Source of the DNA: a virus
DNA: 64,000 nt
Strand: one strand, 5' to 3'
IMG/VR virus record: IMGVR_UViG_3300032315_000675
Span: 13,404 to 77,403 of that record
The notes below the pieces were generated by a model that did not search any database, was not told the DNA's origin, and saw nothing but the letters and a program-made list of their open reading frames with translations. How positions within the stretch are numbered: position 1 is the stretch's first letter; each line of letters opens with the position of its first letter. The position numbers and the translations under genes are program-made. This document shows, one piece after another, positions 29,078 to 38,988 of the stretch.

Positions 29078-29260
29078 ATGGTGACCGACAATGATCACGC
29101 CCTGCGCATCGTCCAGAAGATGGCGAAAGAACGCAACAAGACCATCGGGGATGTTCTTGCTGAATTTATCAAGTGGGAAAAGAATAATGAGTGCCAGCAT
29201 TTTTGGCCCGATGAAAACACGGCATGTCTCATGCTGATTAAGCGACGAGCGAGTCAGTAA
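29078..29260 (+). CDS. hypothetical protein
   Basis: AGGAG SD. Confidence 0.55.
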   Translation: MVTDNDHALRIVQKMAKERNKTIGDVLAEFIKWEKNNECQHFWPDENTACLMLIKRRASQ

Positions 29261-29307
29261 TGCTGCAATATATCCCTTCAAAAGTCAACATCTACAAGGA
29301 AAATAAA

Positions 29308-29523
29308 ATGGAAACTGTCGTTAAGGTTGTCGGTATCGCTGTTGTCGGTATCGCTGTTATCGTTGTCCTCGGGCTTATTCTTAGCCTGCCGGTCATGTGG
29401 CTTTGGAATGCCTGTCTCGTTGCCGCTATTCCTGGAATCAAGGAAATCGGGTGGCTCCAGGCTTGGGGTATCTTGATTCTGTGTGGATTGCTCTTTAAGA
29501 ATACGTCTTCGTCTTCTAACTAA
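29308..29523 (+). CDS. membrane protein
   Basis: MWLWN...IGWLQAWGILIL; AAGGA SD. Confidence 0.75.
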   Translation: METVVKVVGIAVVGIAVIVVLGLILSLPVMWLWNACLVAAIPGIKEIGWLQAWGILILCGLLFKNTSSSSN

Positions 29524-29609
29524 GAAAACTTAGAGTTTGGTATAAATATAGGCATACCAGATAATAACTAAAATCTAAAAATCAAAATTAATATTACAGG
29601 AGAATAAAA

Positions 29610-29831
29610 ATGCTAAAAACTATTACTGCACTAATGATCGGAGCTAGCCTAGTTGCTGGTCAAGCCATTGCTCAAAACAGCGCACTGACACCTCGGGTCG
29701 GTGATCGGGTCGGTTCTCAGGCCGACATGTCTAGCGAGATTGCCGGCATGCCGCTGTCAGTGCTACTGATTGGTTCTATCGTAGCTGTTGTCGCTTACAA
29801 AGCACTAGACGACAAACCTGCAAGTAACTAA
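29610..29831 (+). CDS. small exported/membrane protein
   Basis: signal peptide ending AIA, C-terminal TM; TATAAATA upstream. Confidence 0.7.
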   Translation: MLKTITALMIGASLVAGQAIAQNSALTPRVGDRVGSQADMSSEIAGMPLSVLLIGSIVAVVAYKALDDKPASN

Positions 29832-29930
29832 ACAAAATAACACTTGACAACTGCTTAGGTTGGGCGTATAGTTGATATATATTTCGACTATGGGGTCAGT
29901 CATGGACTGCAAGTGCGGTGCTAGAATAAG

Positions 29931-30137
29931 ATGAATGCAGCTAAAGAAAACACATTTAGGGCATTGCGTGATGAGGAGTTGCTTGTGACCAGTTTTTGGT
30001 GTAGGTTTGGTTGGCACACTTGGACCAAATATCGTGAACCCGAACTTGTTCGTGAGGGCATCCATAAGCTGACCATTCAAGAACGCAGATGCGGGTCTTG
30101 TAACATCGCCAATCGTAAAGTCTTGAATAAGGATTAA
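29931..30137 (+). CDS. small Cys/His protein
   Basis: WCRFGWHTW...RRCGSC. Confidence 0.65.
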   Translation: MNAAKENTFRALRDEELLVTSFWCRFGWHTWTKYREPELVREGIHKLTIQERRCGSCNIANRKVLNKD

Positions 30138-30146
30138 GCAGTGTCA

Positions 30147-30506
30147 ATGCACCTAGCACCTGTGTTCGTTAGCACGATCAATCAGGGTAAGATCAAAAAG
30201 AAACTCACTGCACCCCAGCAACGAGCATTAGCTGAACACGAGGCCTGGCTACGCAAGCGCGGGCTTCATAGCGATCAACTTAACGCAAGGAAACCTAAAA
30301 AGCGGGTCGCAGAAGAAAGCACCTTCACCTACGAGTCTCGCTGCACCGTTCCTACCTCAAACACGGTGGGCAATGGGTTCAAGAAAGAAGAAAATACCTA
30401 TACAGGCACCTTGATTAAAGGAGTGGCTACGATGCATAAGAGCAATGCCGTTCCTGTCATTGACAAAAAACAAATGGAAGAAATCTCCCGGATGCGTCGG
30501 GGCTGA
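30147..30506 (+). CDS. hypothetical protein of a type seen in T4-like phages
   Basis: YTGTLIKGVATMHKSNAVPV...MRR. Confidence 0.75.
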   Translation: MHLAPVFVSTINQGKIKKKLTAPQQRALAEHEAWLRKRGLHSDQLNARKPKKRVAEESTFTYESRCTVPTSNTVGNGFKKEENTYTGTLIKGVATMHKSNAVPVIDKKQMEEISRMRRG

Positions 30507-30537
30507 TCTACTACGAGATTCGCAAGAAGGAAGAATA

Positions 30538-31377
30538 ATGAAAATTGCATTAGCTAGTGATTTACATCTAGAGTTTCAGACTATCACGCTCCCCAACACT
30601 GAGGGGGCGAAGGTCCTTATTCTGTCCGGCGATATCTGCGTAGCACATTCATTGCATGATCATCCCATTGACAAGCCTGTGCCTAAAGACGCAATGAAGC
30701 CTGGACGTAATCAAAGTGCTGCATATAAGTACCGTGAGTTCTTCCAACATGTCAGTGCAGAGTATGACCACGTAGTTTACATTGCAGGCAACCACGAGTT
30801 CTATCATGGTCGCTTCCCTGATGCCTATGACTGGCTGCGGGAAGAAATGAAGAATTATACTAACATTCACTTCCTTGATAAAGAGCATGTTGAGATTGAT
30901 GGTGTGACCTTCGTAGGCGGCACCCTCTGGACGGATATGAACAAGAATGATCCTACTACTATGCAAGTCATTGAGGGTATGATAAATGACTTTCGAATCA
31001 TTCGTAACAGTCAGCGCAACTATTCTAGATTTACTCCTCTGGATTCCGTAGTCCATCATAAGGAGACGGTAGAGTACATCAAGAATGTAGTTGACAGTGA
31101 CCCTGCGAAGAAGTACGTTGTAGTTGGACACCATGCTCCTACGTCCTTGAGTATCCACGAAAAGTACAAGAAAGATGTATGGATGAACGGCGGCTACTAT
31201 AGTGACCTGTCTGAGTTCATACTAGATCGCCCTCAGATCGCCCTCTGGACACATGGACACATGCACGATCCTCATGACTACATGATGGGAGAGACACGCA
31301 TTGTGTGCAATCCTAGGGGCTATAAGGGGCACGATCCTCACGCTGACCACTTTCAATTAAAGTTTTTGGAGATTTGA
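30538..31377 (+). CDS. calcineurin-like metallophosphoesterase
   Basis: SDLHLE, SGDI, AGNHEFY, GHHAP, HGHMH, CNPRGY. Confidence 0.92.
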   Translation: MKIALASDLHLEFQTITLPNTEGAKVLILSGDICVAHSLHDHPIDKPVPKDAMKPGRNQSAAYKYREFFQHVSAEYDHVVYIAGNHEFYHGRFPDAYDWLREEMKNYTNIHFLDKEHVEIDGVTFVGGTLWTDMNKNDPTTMQVIEGMINDFRIIRNSQRNYSRFTPLDSVVHHKETVEYIKNVVDSDPAKKYVVVGHHAPTSLSIHEKYKKDVWMNGGYYSDLSEFILDRPQIALWTHGHMHDPHDYMMGETRIVCNPRGYKGHDPHADHFQLKFLEI

Positions 31378-31379
31378 GT

Positions 31380-31595
31380 ATGACTGGTATTATTTGGGAA
31401 TCGAAGTTGGATGAAGTGTTCGATTGTAAGGTCGAACGTATTGACGAGAGCCGCGGTAAGCTGACTGTCGTTGATCAATTTGATCGTATCCTTCTTGACA
31501 CGGAAGTTGGACTGTCATATGGTGCAATGTTTGGACCTGACGTAGCAGACGTTGCCCTTTGGGAAGACATGGTCATTAAGGTTATTGACGGATAA
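31380..31595 (+). CDS. hypothetical protein
   Basis: GGAG SD; GLSYGAMFGPDVADV. Confidence 0.65.
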   Translation: MTGIIWESKLDEVFDCKVERIDESRGKLTVVDQFDRILLDTEVGLSYGAMFGPDVADVALWEDMVIKVIDG

Positions 31596-31659
31596 TTACC
31601 CGTTTCACTTGTGTTAATCATCAAATGGTTGTATTATGATAACACGCTGTAATTATACA

Positions 31660-31697
31660 AAAGGTTCGAGGGGTCCTTTCAAAACCCCTCATTTTTT
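31660..31697 (+). terminator. GC hairpin plus T tract, alternatively an H-type pseudoknot
   Basis: GAGGGG/CCCCTC stem and AAAGG/CCTTT stem interleaved. Confidence 0.55.
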
Positions 31698-31714
31698 GGT
31701 ATGAAGGTATCACA

Positions 31715-32248
31715 ATGAGGGTAAAACTCGGACGCTATCTTAAGTCAAAAGAACGGAAGATAGATATTCAAATTGACAAGTTTGATACGTGGTCGTTTGA
31801 CCACACCTTGTCTTTGATCATCTTGCCAGCCCTCATTCAACTAAGACAGACTAAGACCGGAACGCCTGGAAATTTTGTGAATGATAGCGCAGAAGATTAT
31901 CATGATCAAGCTACATTTGACTTCATGAAAGAAGACAAGGATGAAGTTTTCCAAAAAGGATGCGATGAATGGGACAACACGCTTGATAAGATGATTTGGT
32001 CTTTTCAGCAGATTGCGTTGGTTGACTATGACAGCAAGTATCATCATGGTGAGATGAATATCAGTTGGGAGAAGTCAGACAAGCAGTGGCCAAATCCTAT
32101 AACAGGAAAGATGGAGGGCACGTATGAGATGGTCGACAACAATCCCGGTGAACACTGGTATGATTCTGTCGGACATCGTCTGCATGAGGAGCGCATCCAA
32201 GAAGGTTTAGAACTGTTTGGTAAGCATTTTCGCTCACTCTGGGATTAG
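31715..32248 (+). CDS. hypothetical protein of a type seen in T4-like phages
   Basis: IDKFDTWSFDHTL...LDKMIWSF...GLELFGKHFRSLWD. Confidence 0.8.
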   Translation: MRVKLGRYLKSKERKIDIQIDKFDTWSFDHTLSLIILPALIQLRQTKTGTPGNFVNDSAEDYHDQATFDFMKEDKDEVFQKGCDEWDNTLDKMIWSFQQIALVDYDSKYHHGEMNISWEKSDKQWPNPITGKMEGTYEMVDNNPGEHWYDSVGHRLHEERIQEGLELFGKHFRSLWD

Positions 32249-32287
32249 GTTATCTTTAATCCTATAAGTCGTAATGAAAGATTTAAA

Positions 32288-32716
32288 ATGAAACCTAAAT
32301 ACATATCCCTTTATATGGACATCGCTGAAAGAATAAGCCAGATGTCACACGCCAAAAGACTTCAAGTAGGTAGCGTGATTGTAAAGAACGATACTATTCT
32401 CTCATATGGTTGGAATGGTATGCCTGCAGGATGGCCGAATACTTGTGAGGTTATACAAGAAGACGGTTCACTAAAAACTAAGCCCGAAGTTCTCCATTCT
32501 GAAATGAATGCCCTGATGAAGGTAGCGCAGTCTACTGAATCTTCGTCAGGAGCAACATTGTTTTGCACCCATGCCCCGTGCATCGATTGTGCAAAAGCCA
32601 TCTTCCAAGCCGGTATCTCTGATCTGTACTACCGAGAAGAATACCGCTCAACGGCGGGAACACAGTTTTTGAAGATATCGGGAGTAAATGTCCATAGATA
32701 TTCCGACCGCACATAA
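32288..32716 (+). CDS. dCMP deaminase
   Basis: QVGSVIVK, GWNG, HSEMNA, THAPCIDC. Confidence 0.93.
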   Translation: MKPKYISLYMDIAERISQMSHAKRLQVGSVIVKNDTILSYGWNGMPAGWPNTCEVIQEDGSLKTKPEVLHSEMNALMKVAQSTESSSGATLFCTHAPCIDCAKAIFQAGISDLYYREEYRSTAGTQFLKISGVNVHRYSDRT

Positions 32717-32876
32717 AATTGAAGTAAAATTTCCGTTTGGCGAACTCGATTCTATGATCGAGTGGTGCGGCAAGAACTGCCAAGCTGAGTGGAAGTTTGA
32801 TGATAGTGACAATGGCTACACATTTTATTTTGAGTCTGAGAAAGACTATGTTGCATTTATGATTTGGAAAACGTAA
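32688..32876 (+). CDS. hypothetical protein
   Basis: EWCGKNC...W...FYFESEKDYVAF. Confidence 0.65.
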   Translation: MSIDIPTAHKIEVKFPFGELDSMIEWCGKNCQAEWKFDDSDNGYTFYFESEKDYVAFMIWKT

Positions 32877-33145
32877 TGAAGTACTACGTGTTTAAGAGGG
32901 AATCCAATAAGTTTGATGACATTCTCAACGATGTAGCATTAAAGCCGGTTGCCAGGCACAAGATTAGATTCAAGAACCATTTGATACTCGGATTTGCAGA
33001 CGATGATGAAAAGATCATGTCATTCATGACTATCAAGTACGGTGATGACATGATCTCTTTGAGCGACATTGCGCCTGATAGAACTCCTATCATGGGCAAA
33101 GATTATACACCTATTCGTAGAGACAAAAAGGTTGTTAGCCCTTAA
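32876..33145 (+). CDS. hypothetical protein
   Basis: TAATG overlap. Confidence 0.65.
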   Translation: MKYYVFKRESNKFDDILNDVALKPVARHKIRFKNHLILGFADDDEKIMSFMTIKYGDDMISLSDIAPDRTPIMGKDYTPIRRDKKVVSP

Positions 33146-33761
33146 TAAGTCCTAACATTACAGCGTACTTTTTAGTTTTGTCTTTGCGATCATCAAGCCC
33201 GTGAGTGCCGCCGTTAATTCTCTTTGTTAAAGCTAGAATAGTAGCATCGTCTACTCCTTTGTCGCAAATAGCCCATAAGTTATTTGTTTCAAAGAAGAAC
33301 ATCGCACTCTCAAAAGAATATTTGGTCGCAACAACGTCAGGGTTAGTCATGACCTCTGGATCACCGATGTGCTTTGAGAATGCTAGATAGTTGTCTTTGC
33401 CAGTCAACTGAATAGCTCCGCGACCACGATATTTCCATCCGTCACCGCTCTTTTCGTCACCGTTTCCCATACGATTTGCGTAAACACGATTGGCAATCAT
33501 TTCCGGCTTGCGCTCATACTTTGCAGCAGTAGCAGCATCAGGGAAATACTTCTTAAAAGTGCCTTGTAGACCTTTAGCACCATAGTTAAGATTTTCGTTG
33601 AATGCTTTGAACCCACCGCTTTCGTGGGCGCATTGTGCAAAGAAGTGTGCTGCACGACTCGGCGTCATCTTATAGTGAGCTATGGCAGCCTTTAATGTGC
33701 CTGGACCAAATGCTCCGTCAGCAGTAACACCTACTTTTTCTTGAAGATGTATCAAACTCAT
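33135..33761 (-). CDS. GH19 endolysin with PG-binding N-terminus
   Basis: LQ..VGVTADGAFGPGT; FFAQCAHESGGF, YRGRGAIQLTG, TKRINGG. Confidence 0.93.
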   Translation of the reverse strand: MSLIHLQEKVGVTADGAFGPGTLKAAIAHYKMTPSRAAHFFAQCAHESGGFKAFNENLNYGAKGLQGTFKKYFPDAATAAKYERKPEMIANRVYANRMGNGDEKSGDGWKYRGRGAIQLTGKDNYLAFSKHIGDPEVMTNPDVVATKYSFESAMFFFETNNLWAICDKGVDDATILALTKRINGGTHGLDDRKDKTKKYAVMLGLIKG

Positions 33762-33771
33762 TTAACTCTCC

Positions 33772-34272
33772 TTAGAATGTTTTCCATTCATCTTTTGGAT
33801 CAAAATCATTAGTTGGCAAGTACTTAGTTGACTTACCGTCTTTCTTTGCGATCAATTTCTGTTTGCGATTGCCGCCTTCTTTCTTGATAGAAGCATGTAC
33901 CCATCCTGAGTTCTTGTCACCTTCTACGTAGAATTCCAAAATTATTTGGTCAAACTCTAGGTTATCAGCAATCCAGTCTGCTACGATTTTGTTTGAAATA
34001 CCATTGATTTCAAAGTCAATAGCTTGACCATTAACATGCTGACTGGTCTTTGAACCGCCGACAGCAGCATTAACCTTCGGTGCGCGGTATGATGAATTGA
34101 TTGATATCGGCTTACCAAAGTGCTTGCGTACTGGCTCAAGAATCTTTTCGCAGCAATAACGCATATTTTCAATATGTTCTGGTGTAGGGGTATTCGACAA
34201 ACCTAAGCGTTGGGCGGTAGGTGATACAATCATTTCTTCTAGTGTAAAGTGTTCTGTTAGTTTAGTTGGCAT
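33772..34272 (-). CDS. peptidase M15A (Zn D-Ala-D-Ala type)
   Basis: HFTLEEM, SSYR, SQHVNGQAID, WVHAS; start reassigned to ATG 34272. Confidence 0.9.
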   Translation of the reverse strand: MPTKLTEHFTLEEMIVSPTAQRLGLSNTPTPEHIENMRYCCEKILEPVRKHFGKPISINSSYRAPKVNAAVGGSKTSQHVNGQAIDFEINGISNKIVADWIADNLEFDQIILEFYVEGDKNSGWVHASIKKEGGNRKQKLIAKKDGKSTKYLPTNDFDPKDEWKTF

Positions 34273-34350
34273 ACATTTGCTCCCTCGTCCGGCAGATGTA
34301 TTTATACAAAAGGACTTGACTTCGCCTATATGACATGCTATATATAGTAT

Positions 34351-34902
34351 ATGAAAATAGTTAAATTTATGGAAAATCCCGTTTCGGCAGGAAACACGAA
34401 ACCCATCGTATATGTTGATATGGATGGGGTCTTGGCTGACCTCTACAATCATGCCGCTGAAATCCATGACGTTGAACATTACAACGAAATGACTAGAGAT
34501 GAATGGGAGACGTTCTTTAAAGATAGCAACGCACATCATCTGTTTCGTGACATTCCTCCCTTCGCTACCGCTAATCAATTGCTCAATCTCGTAAAGAAGT
34601 ATGCTAGCGGATATTGTATTCTCAGCAGCCCATTGAACTTTGACCGTGAAGGTAGCATCAAGGGCAAGCGTGAATGGCTTGCAAAACATATCAATGTTCC
34701 TGCTGATGAGATCATCTTCGAACATGAAAAATACAAATACGCTGTGCAGCCTGACGGTACTCCTAACGTATTGATTGATGACTACGGAGTGAACACTCGT
34801 GCATGGGACAACGCAGGCGGCATCGCTTGCAAATATCAGGCTGACGAGAATGACCTTAGTGTAGTAGAGGATGTTCTAAAAGAAACGTTCGGGGATAAAT
34901 AG
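34351..34902 (+). CDS. HAD-family 5'(3')-deoxyribonucleotidase
   Basis: VYVDMDGVLAD, ILSSP, K..WL, LIDDY. Confidence 0.9.
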   Translation: MKIVKFMENPVSAGNTKPIVYVDMDGVLADLYNHAAEIHDVEHYNEMTRDEWETFFKDSNAHHLFRDIPPFATANQLLNLVKKYASGYCILSSPLNFDREGSIKGKREWLAKHINVPADEIIFEHEKYKYAVQPDGTPNVLIDDYGVNTRAWDNAGGIACKYQADENDLSVVEDVLKETFGDK

Positions 34903-34924
34903 TATTATACATTCGGAGATTGCA

Positions 34925-36988
34925 ATGAGTGATGCTAGAGACCTTTACAAGCTATTCAGAGAGCTTGAGAACCAACACCAAGTAAATGACACCGTGGGTT
35001 TGCATGACAGTTTTGATTTAGAACTTAACGAACACTTCGTCATTGAAAGCGGAGTAGTTGGCTTTATGGAAGATGGTGTCATCATCCAGCTTGACGAACA
35101 AGCATTAGAGTTTCTAGACTTTAGCGGGATGCTCACAGAATCTTTGCAAGAAGTTGGTCTTAAAGATCATGAGCCAAGAAAAGTAGAAGGTGTGTACGGG
35201 GTGAATGCGAAGCCTTTTACTAAGAAGTTCAATAATCTAAAAGCGATGAATAAATTTTTCGACCACCCCGACAATGAGGGAAACTATCAAATAGAACGTA
35301 TTTCAAAGGTCTCCGAATCAGTTGAACTTAATGAGATATCTGACGAATTGATGGCAAGATATTTCGTCAAGACTCAGCCCAAAAGAGGTGAGACTGTCCC
35401 CGATAAAAGACAGCCCTTTAGGCAACGGGCCAGAGGCGGCGCCGATAGATATTGGGACAAGCAGATAAAAGATAACGACGCTGCCGATGTACAAAAAGTG
35501 TTGGCTAGAACCCCCAAAGTTCATGACCTAAGACATATGAGTCATGGAGAAGTCTATGATCTCACACAAACTTCCGATGACATTCGTGATGGAGATGTTC
35601 TTCATGTAAAGGATGGCTCTGCCGTCATGTTTAAGGCTTGGCCTACAATGGTAAACGGCAATAGCAAATCTCTGCACTCATTCGATACAGGATACTCATG
35701 GGACGACGAGGATTTAAGCCACTATAAGCGAGCAGTTGATATCGCCAAATCTTTGAAAGAAGAAATGGGGCCAAACTCGTCCAGACGATCCACAAACGAG
35801 TCATTACTAGCAGAAGGTTCTAGTCAAGGTGTAGCAAACGCCATCCTTAATAGAATCATCCATCGTCATGCAGATGTTCTTGGTAAATACGGTCCAATCA
35901 GAGTCCCGGCAGCCGTTGACGAGGTAGCAGCTAGACTAGATGACCTAGAAGAAATCGGTTCAAGCGATGTAAGTATTTGGACTAATCAAGTCATCGCTAA
36001 CCTAGAAAAAGGTTGGTATGATGATATGGATCCAGAGTCTCCGGTCAGACGAGCCGTGGGCGAATCAGCAGAAGATTCTGACATTTTTGAGAGAATCGTA
36101 AAGAGCGATGACGCCTTCGAATTAATTTACAAAGGTATCACGGGTCGCCTTGGTGAAGCGGCACGTGGCAAGCTTCAAAAAATCTACGATGTCGTAGCTC
36201 GTGATAACGGTCTCGATCCAGGTGATGATCTTGAGGAGATCATTGATGGTATGATTCCCCGCATTCATGAACTTTATGATATTGGTTTTGATAACTCAGC
36301 TCCAAGAAAAGACGAGCTAGATGAAATCAAGAAACTTGCATTTGGACGAGACGCTTTAGAAGAAAATCCTATGTTGATGGCTTTGGGGACGGCGGCTGCT
36401 ACTGGCGCAGGCCGAGAGCTTGCGGGCAGAGTCGCTGACAAGATTGGACTAGAAGAAAAGTTCGTAGATGAAGGATGGGGTAAGAACCTTGCAGGGGCCG
36501 GTGCTGTGATTGGCGCGCTTGCTGCTATTGCCGGTATCGATAAGATGGAAGCAGATCGTCTAATGAAATCTGAACCGCAGCTAGTCACCTTGACTCAAAT
36601 GCGCCAAGAAGCAGAGCAAGAGGGCGACAAAAGGGCTGTTGATGCCCTCGATCACCGAATCAGAGTGACACTTAATTCTATCCGTAATACTGGAAGACCT
36701 GTAATGGGTCCAGACGGTGAGCCAGTCGATCCTAGAAAATCATTAGGCGAAGCAGAATATCAAGGACGAAAGGTTACCCTCAATAAGCCGATGCAGGGAG
36801 ATGTTGCAAAAAGCAAAGTATATGTCAAGAAGCCAGACGGTAAGGTCGTGAAGGTAAACTTCGGCGATAAGAATATGACTATCAAGAAGTCTAATCCGGC
36901 GCGCCGCAAATCATTCCGTGCAAGACACAACTGTGAAAATCCGGGACCAAAATGGAAGGCCAGATACTGGTCATGCCGAGCTTGGTAA
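34925..36988 (+). CDS. large late protein, probable capsid-internal polyprotein
   Basis: GATAAATA upstream; repeated (L/I/V)xE boundaries; C-terminal AEYQGRKV...RKSFRARHNC...ARYWSC domain. Confidence 0.65.
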   Translation: MSDARDLYKLFRELENQHQVNDTVGLHDSFDLELNEHFVIESGVVGFMEDGVIIQLDEQALEFLDFSGMLTESLQEVGLKDHEPRKVEGVYGVNAKPFTKKFNNLKAMNKFFDHPDNEGNYQIERISKVSESVELNEISDELMARYFVKTQPKRGETVPDKRQPFRQRARGGADRYWDKQIKDNDAADVQKVLARTPKVHDLRHMSHGEVYDLTQTSDDIRDGDVLHVKDGSAVMFKAWPTMVNGNSKSLHSFDTGYSWDDEDLSHYKRAVDIAKSLKEEMGPNSSRRSTNESLLAEGSSQGVANAILNRIIHRHADVLGKYGPIRVPAAVDEVAARLDDLEEIGSSDVSIWTNQVIANLEKGWYDDMDPESPVRRAVGESAEDSDIFERIVKSDDAFELIYKGITGRLGEAARGKLQKIYDVVARDNGLDPGDDLEEIIDGMIPRIHELYDIGFDNSAPRKDELDEIKKLAFGRDALEENPMLMALGTAAATGAGRELAGRVADKIGLEEKFVDEGWGKNLAGAGAVIGALAAIAGIDKMEADRLMKSEPQLVTLTQMRQEAEQEGDKRAVDALDHRIRVTLNSIRNTGRPVMGPDGEPVDPRKSLGEAEYQGRKVTLNKPMQGDVAKSKVYVKKPDGKVVKVNFGDKNMTIKKSNPARRKSFRARHNCENPGPKWKARYWSCRAW

Positions 36989-37122
36989 AAAAGTTTGTGC
37001 TTGGAACAGAGACTAAATATTGTTATGACTGATCGGACACCGAAAGAAGCAAAGAGCGGCGTTTTTCCAATGCCGATATTCCTTTGATATTTCATCGCTT
37101 GGGAAGAATTGCAGCATAATAC

Positions 37123-37290
37123 ATGTCTGACACCCGATTCGAAGTAATTACCCAAGAAGATCCGGACACCGGAGACCTGATTATACCTATCCCTATTCCT
37201 CTTCTTAAGCATTTAGGCTGGAAAGAGGGCGATGACGTTCAGATTGACGTTGGGGAAGATGGACAAATCTATTTGAGGAAAGCAAACTAA
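37123..37290 (+). CDS. AbrB/MazE/SpoVT-like DNA-binding protein (55 aa, not in ORF track)
   Basis: GDLIIPIP..LLKHLGWKEGDDV...GQIYLRK. Confidence 0.75.
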   Translation: MSDTRFEVITQEDPDTGDLIIPIPIPLLKHLGWKEGDDVQIDVGEDGQIYLRKAN

Positions 37291-37652
37291 TGAGCCTATC
37301 CGTTGGATCGCCGCTGACCGGCACACTCACAACACAGTCTACTATAGCTACTCAACCTACAATAACCTATACGGGTACGCCATCTACTATAACAAATGGC
37401 TGGCTCAATGCAAATACAGGACCTACAACTCTTAAAGTTGCAGGCGATGCTGAATTTGGCGGGGATATAAAGATCAAAGGCGTAAATCTAACTTCAAGAC
37501 TAGACGCGATTGAAGAACGTTTAGGTATCCTACGCCCGAACAATGATCTTGAAGGTAAGTGGGAGAAGCTAAAGGCACTCGGTGAAGAATATCGGGCGCT
37601 AGAAAAAGATATTCTTGAGAGGGAGAAGATTTGGGACTTGCTCAGAAAATGA
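37290..37652 (+). CDS. hypothetical protein (Thr-rich N-terminus, coiled-coil C-terminus)
   Basis: TAATG overlap. Confidence 0.7.
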   Translation: MSLSVGSPLTGTLTTQSTIATQPTITYTGTPSTITNGWLNANTGPTTLKVAGDAEFGGDIKIKGVNLTSRLDAIEERLGILRPNNDLEGKWEKLKALGEEYRALEKDILEREKIWDLLRK

Positions 37653-37672
37653 ATAGTTCTATAAGTTGATTT

Positions 37673-37888
37673 ATGTCTAAAGAAAATACACTTAAAGTTG
37701 AAGGAGATGTGATTGACGTACTCCCGAACGCAACATTCAAAGTCAAGCTTGATAACGATATGATTGTATTGAGTTACATATCAGGAAAGATGCGACAGCA
37801 TGAGATTCGCATTTTGCTAGGAGACAAGGTTGAACTTGAGGTCAGCCCCTATGACTTATCAAGAGGCAGGATAGTTCGGCGCAAGTAA
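37673..37888 (+). CDS. infA: translation initiation factor IF-1
   Basis: [18 protein letters not shown]...[28 protein letters not shown]. Confidence 0.96.
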   Translation: MSKENTLKVEGDVIDVLPNATFKVKLDNDMIVLSYISGKMRQHEIRILLGDKVELEVSPYDLSRGRIVRRK

Positions 37889-37911
37889 TAGCCGAAGTGA
37901 TAAATAGTCTC

Positions 37912-38472
37912 ATGAGAGAATTTATCACGCTTCTTGAGGAAAAGTCAAAACCCCAAGACATAGAAATCATCCCACTTAACTTCACCGAGCGTGAGGTTTC
38001 TCCCGTTATGGGGGGAGACACCTTAGACTTGCACTACAATAAGCTCGCTAAGGGATACGCACAACGCTACAATGACAAAGAAGGTGACCCTGAGTTTAAC
38101 TACGCAGGGGCATTCCTGCACAATACGTGGTTTCCTCAGTTCAGAGAAGTGAGAAACAACAACAAACCAAATGGTCCTATGGTAGGGTTCATCAACAAGC
38201 ACTTCGGTAACTTCGATGACTTCAAGGACGACGTAGAAGAAGTCGCTATGACGATACAAGGTTCTGGTTGGGTCTATCTAGCTTATGACGGTAAGATCAA
38301 GACGATCAAGAATCATGAAGTGCGTGACGACATCTTGCTGCTGATTGACTGGTGGGAACACGCTTGGATTCTTGATTATGGGAGTGACAAGAAGAAGTAT
38401 CTCAAAGAGCTTTGGAAGATCATCAACTGGAACGTGGTTTCTACCCGTTTAGGAAAATTCTGGTCGTCGTAG
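37912..38472 (+). CDS. Fe/Mn superoxide dismutase
   Basis: LHY, FLHN, QGSGWVYL, DWWEHAW; late-type GATAAATA upstream. Confidence 0.88.
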   Translation: MREFITLLEEKSKPQDIEIIPLNFTEREVSPVMGGDTLDLHYNKLAKGYAQRYNDKEGDPEFNYAGAFLHNTWFPQFREVRNNNKPNGPMVGFINKHFGNFDDFKDDVEEVAMTIQGSGWVYLAYDGKIKTIKNHEVRDDILLLIDWWEHAWILDYGSDKKKYLKELWKIINWNVVSTRLGKFWSS

Positions 38473-38655
38473 ATGGACACTAATGATCTAAAAAGACTAG
38501 CAGGTATTGTTGATAGTAGAGGTAAGCCTACTCATGCGGAGCCCATTGACCGTAGCAAGATCACCGCTAAGCCCGGCACAGACGAATGGTTCAAAGCTAT
38601 GTTCCCTATAAACGACACTCAAATGCCAGTCGGGTTCAGAGGTCGTAAGAAATGA
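38473..38655 (+). CDS. hypothetical protein
   Basis: DLKRLAGI...KPGTDEWFK. Confidence 0.7.
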   Translation: MDTNDLKRLAGIVDSRGKPTHAEPIDRSKITAKPGTDEWFKAMFPINDTQMPVGFRGRKK

Positions 38656-38987
38656 GAGCTAAAGAATTCTTGTATGAGTCCGACACACAGACAGCATATC
38701 ATGCTACCCCTAGAGATAACTTAGGAAGTGTACTGCATAAAGGATTGGTTCCAAAAAAGAGCAAGCATTATCCCAGTGCAGGTAAAAGAGTATACCTTTT
38801 TCCGTCAATTGATGCAGCAAACGAAGCACTTTTGGATTGGTTAGAAGATAGGTTTTCGAATGATATTCTATCATTATTAAAGATTGATCTTCGTGGATTA
38901 TCTGTATTTGAGGATTTTGACGAACTTTATACTACCGATCCAATATCACCTGATAGAATTTCAGTAATAGACGAGCATTGGGGATAA
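38652..38987 (+). CDS. ART/Tpt1-like fold protein with capsid-targeting-like leader
   Basis: MRAKEFLYE; AYHATPRDNLGSVLHKGLVP, VYLF, LLKID, ISPDRI. Confidence 0.6.
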   Translation: MRAKEFLYESDTQTAYHATPRDNLGSVLHKGLVPKKSKHYPSAGKRVYLFPSIDAANEALLDWLEDRFSNDILSLLKIDLRGLSVFEDFDELYTTDPISPDRISVIDEHWG

Positions 38988-38988
38988 G

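Noticed and set aside
29326-29355. 15-bp tandem duplication GTTGTCGGTATCGCT
   Set aside because: A simple in-frame slippage within a TM helix.
31660-31690. preQ1-I riboswitch
   Set aside because: Lacks the ligand-pairing C and the long A-rich loop 3, and is not upstream of a que gene.
34273-34725. N-terminal 151 aa of the 317-aa ORF
   Set aside because: It is largely antisense to the HAD nucleotidase; the M15 peptidase plausibly starts at ATG 34272 after its own TATAAATA and SD.
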